From assembly GCF_003987725.1 (NCBI RefSeq), contig NZ_RXJH01000005.1: a stretch of 64,000 nucleotides of DNA. One strand, 5' to 3'. The DNA comes from Hyphomicrobium sp. Its GTDB lineage: Bacteria; Pseudomonadota; Alphaproteobacteria; Rhizobiales; Hyphomicrobiaceae. The position numbers and the translations under genes are program-made. The notes under the pieces are model-generated. The model saw only the letters and a program-made list of their open reading frames with translations, was not told where the DNA came from and made no database searches. Positions 62,755 through 64,000 of this stretch are shown here, in pieces (the first letter of the stretch is position 1; the number at the start of each line of letters is the position of its first letter).

Positions 62755-63195
62755 ATGCGTTTTGGGCCTCACAAGAGCCTGGGATCCATATTCGGTGCAA
62801 TTGTCATAAGCATGAGTTGGGGTGCGTCCGCGGCCGAAACTCCAGAGGATATCGTCGCCACGACACGCGCCGCCGTTACGAGCGCCCGCCTGACACCTCG
62901 GGACACTGGCTCCCGCTACGGCCAAGCCTTGGGGGCCGTCGAACTCTGCACCGGCGCGAAGGTCACGGACAAAGCCTCGGCGCTCCCCGTCCTCTACACG
63001 GGCGCAGAGCTTGACGAGTTCAATGCGCAGCAAAAGAAGATCTACGATGCCTGGATCAGGGTGAAGCATTGCGTCCGCGAGGATGACCCGAACCAGTGCA
63101 AGGTCATCGTCGACGAAAGCTGCGCGGCGGCCCTGACCGAAATCGGGCCGAAGGGAACGGCCTTCCCCGGATTGTTGGAGTTTTCGCGGCCGTAG
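62755..63195 (+). CDS. Secreted hypothetical protein with four Cys
   Basis: GGAG RBS, signal-like N-terminus. Confidence 0.65.
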   Translation: MRFGPHKSLGSIFGAIVISMSWGASAAETPEDIVATTRAAVTSARLTPRDTGSRYGQALGAVELCTGAKVTDKASALPVLYTGAELDEFNAQQKKIYDAWIRVKHCVREDDPNQCKVIVDESCAAALTEIGPKGTAFPGLLEFSRP

Positions 63196-63199
63196 GGAT

Positions 63200-63526
63200 C
63201 TATCGCCTGAAAAGAAGCGCGGTACTCTCGATAACGGCCCAAAGGATGAGGGCAGCCCCCAAGACCGGGAACGTGATTTTCCCAAGCCCCGCGGTCGCGA
63301 TCAGGCTGGACAGTATGGGGCTAAGATCGAACCCGAACGCCGCGCAGGCACTCCTGGCGGCATCATTGATCTCGCAACCTGCGACGAGCGCAATGAGCGC
63401 CGCCACCGTGATGCCGGCGAACGGCACCAGCGCCAGCACCATCGAAAATGCCATCATGAACCAGCGAATGCGGTAAACCACGCGTCTCCCCAGAGACCGA
63501 AGGAAAGTTTCTCGAGCCCGGCCCAC
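63200..63526 (-). CDS. Membrane hypothetical protein
   Basis: TM segments with GCEIND...C..FG.DL. Confidence 0.55.
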   Translation of the reverse strand: MGRARETFLRSLGRRVVYRIRWFMMAFSMVLALVPFAGITVAALIALVAGCEINDAARSACAAFGFDLSPILSSLIATAGLGKITFPVLGAALILWAVIESTALLFRR

Positions 63527-63665
63527 CTTGATCGCTCGAGGGCGTGTTGGGCACCGCTACGCCGCAACGAGGTTAACGCCCTGAGCGCGGTGCCCCAACC
63601 ATCGTCCCTATTGATCAATGGGATTTCGCGCCTTAAGGCCTGCTGACGAACGCGGGCAGGACAAA

Positions 63666-64000
63666 ATGGCGGATTTATCATCGCTGAAAGTGGGACTGGA
63701 GGGCTCGGCAAGCGCCCTTGTCACCGAGGAACGCCTCGCAACGAGGGTCGGCAGCGGCAATGTCCCCGTTTTTGCGAGCCCGATGCTTATCGCTGTGATG
63801 GAAGCAGCCGCCGTCGATTGCCTCGAAGGTCATCTGCCGGAGAATTACCAGAGCCTGGGCGTCCAGCTCAACGTCGCGCATACTGCACCGACCCCGATCG
63901 GCTTCACTGTGACAGCCAAGGCCACACTGAAGGAGGTCAGCGGACGCAAACTGACGTTTGACGTCACCGCAAGTGACGGCGTCGAACAGATCGGATCGGG
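63666..64000 (+). CDS. FlK-like (fluoroacetyl-CoA) hotdog thioesterase, runs off the window end
   Basis: MADLSSLKVGLEG...GSGNVPVFASPMLIAVMEAAA...SLGVQLNVAHTAPTPIG; absent from the ORF track. Confidence 0.9.
   Translation, partial: MADLSSLKVGLEGSASALVTEERLATRVGSGNVPVFASPMLIAVMEAAAVDCLEGHLPENYQSLGVQLNVAHTAPTPIGFTVTAKATLKEVSGRKLTFDVTASDGVEQIGS

Overview
GC-rich alphaproteobacterial chromosome segment; gene content and order suggest Hyphomicrobiales, possibly Hyphomicrobium-like (inference). A housekeeping backbone (tgt, queA, two cyclophilins, coaD, gyrA, ssb, uvrA, msrB) is interspersed with many accessory and small secreted-protein genes. Main observations: (1) an AT-richer, translationally coupled six-gene operon of five small HTH proteins plus a wHTH-CHAT (caspase-like) protease at 39.2-41.4 kb; (2) a displaced second copy of the uvrA 3' end with 12 synonymous and 0 non-synonymous differences, marking an integration/replacement scar; (3) two complete identical tRNA-Lys(UUU) genes bracketing a single HNH nuclease; (4) a ~400-nt structured non-coding repeat (two full and two partial copies, with compensatory stem changes) bracketing an arylsulfatase; (5) a four-member family of small secreted proteins sharing an unassigned motif; (6) GyrA with Asn82/Leu83 in the QRDR. 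All family assignments come from motif recognition by eye; no database searches were run.
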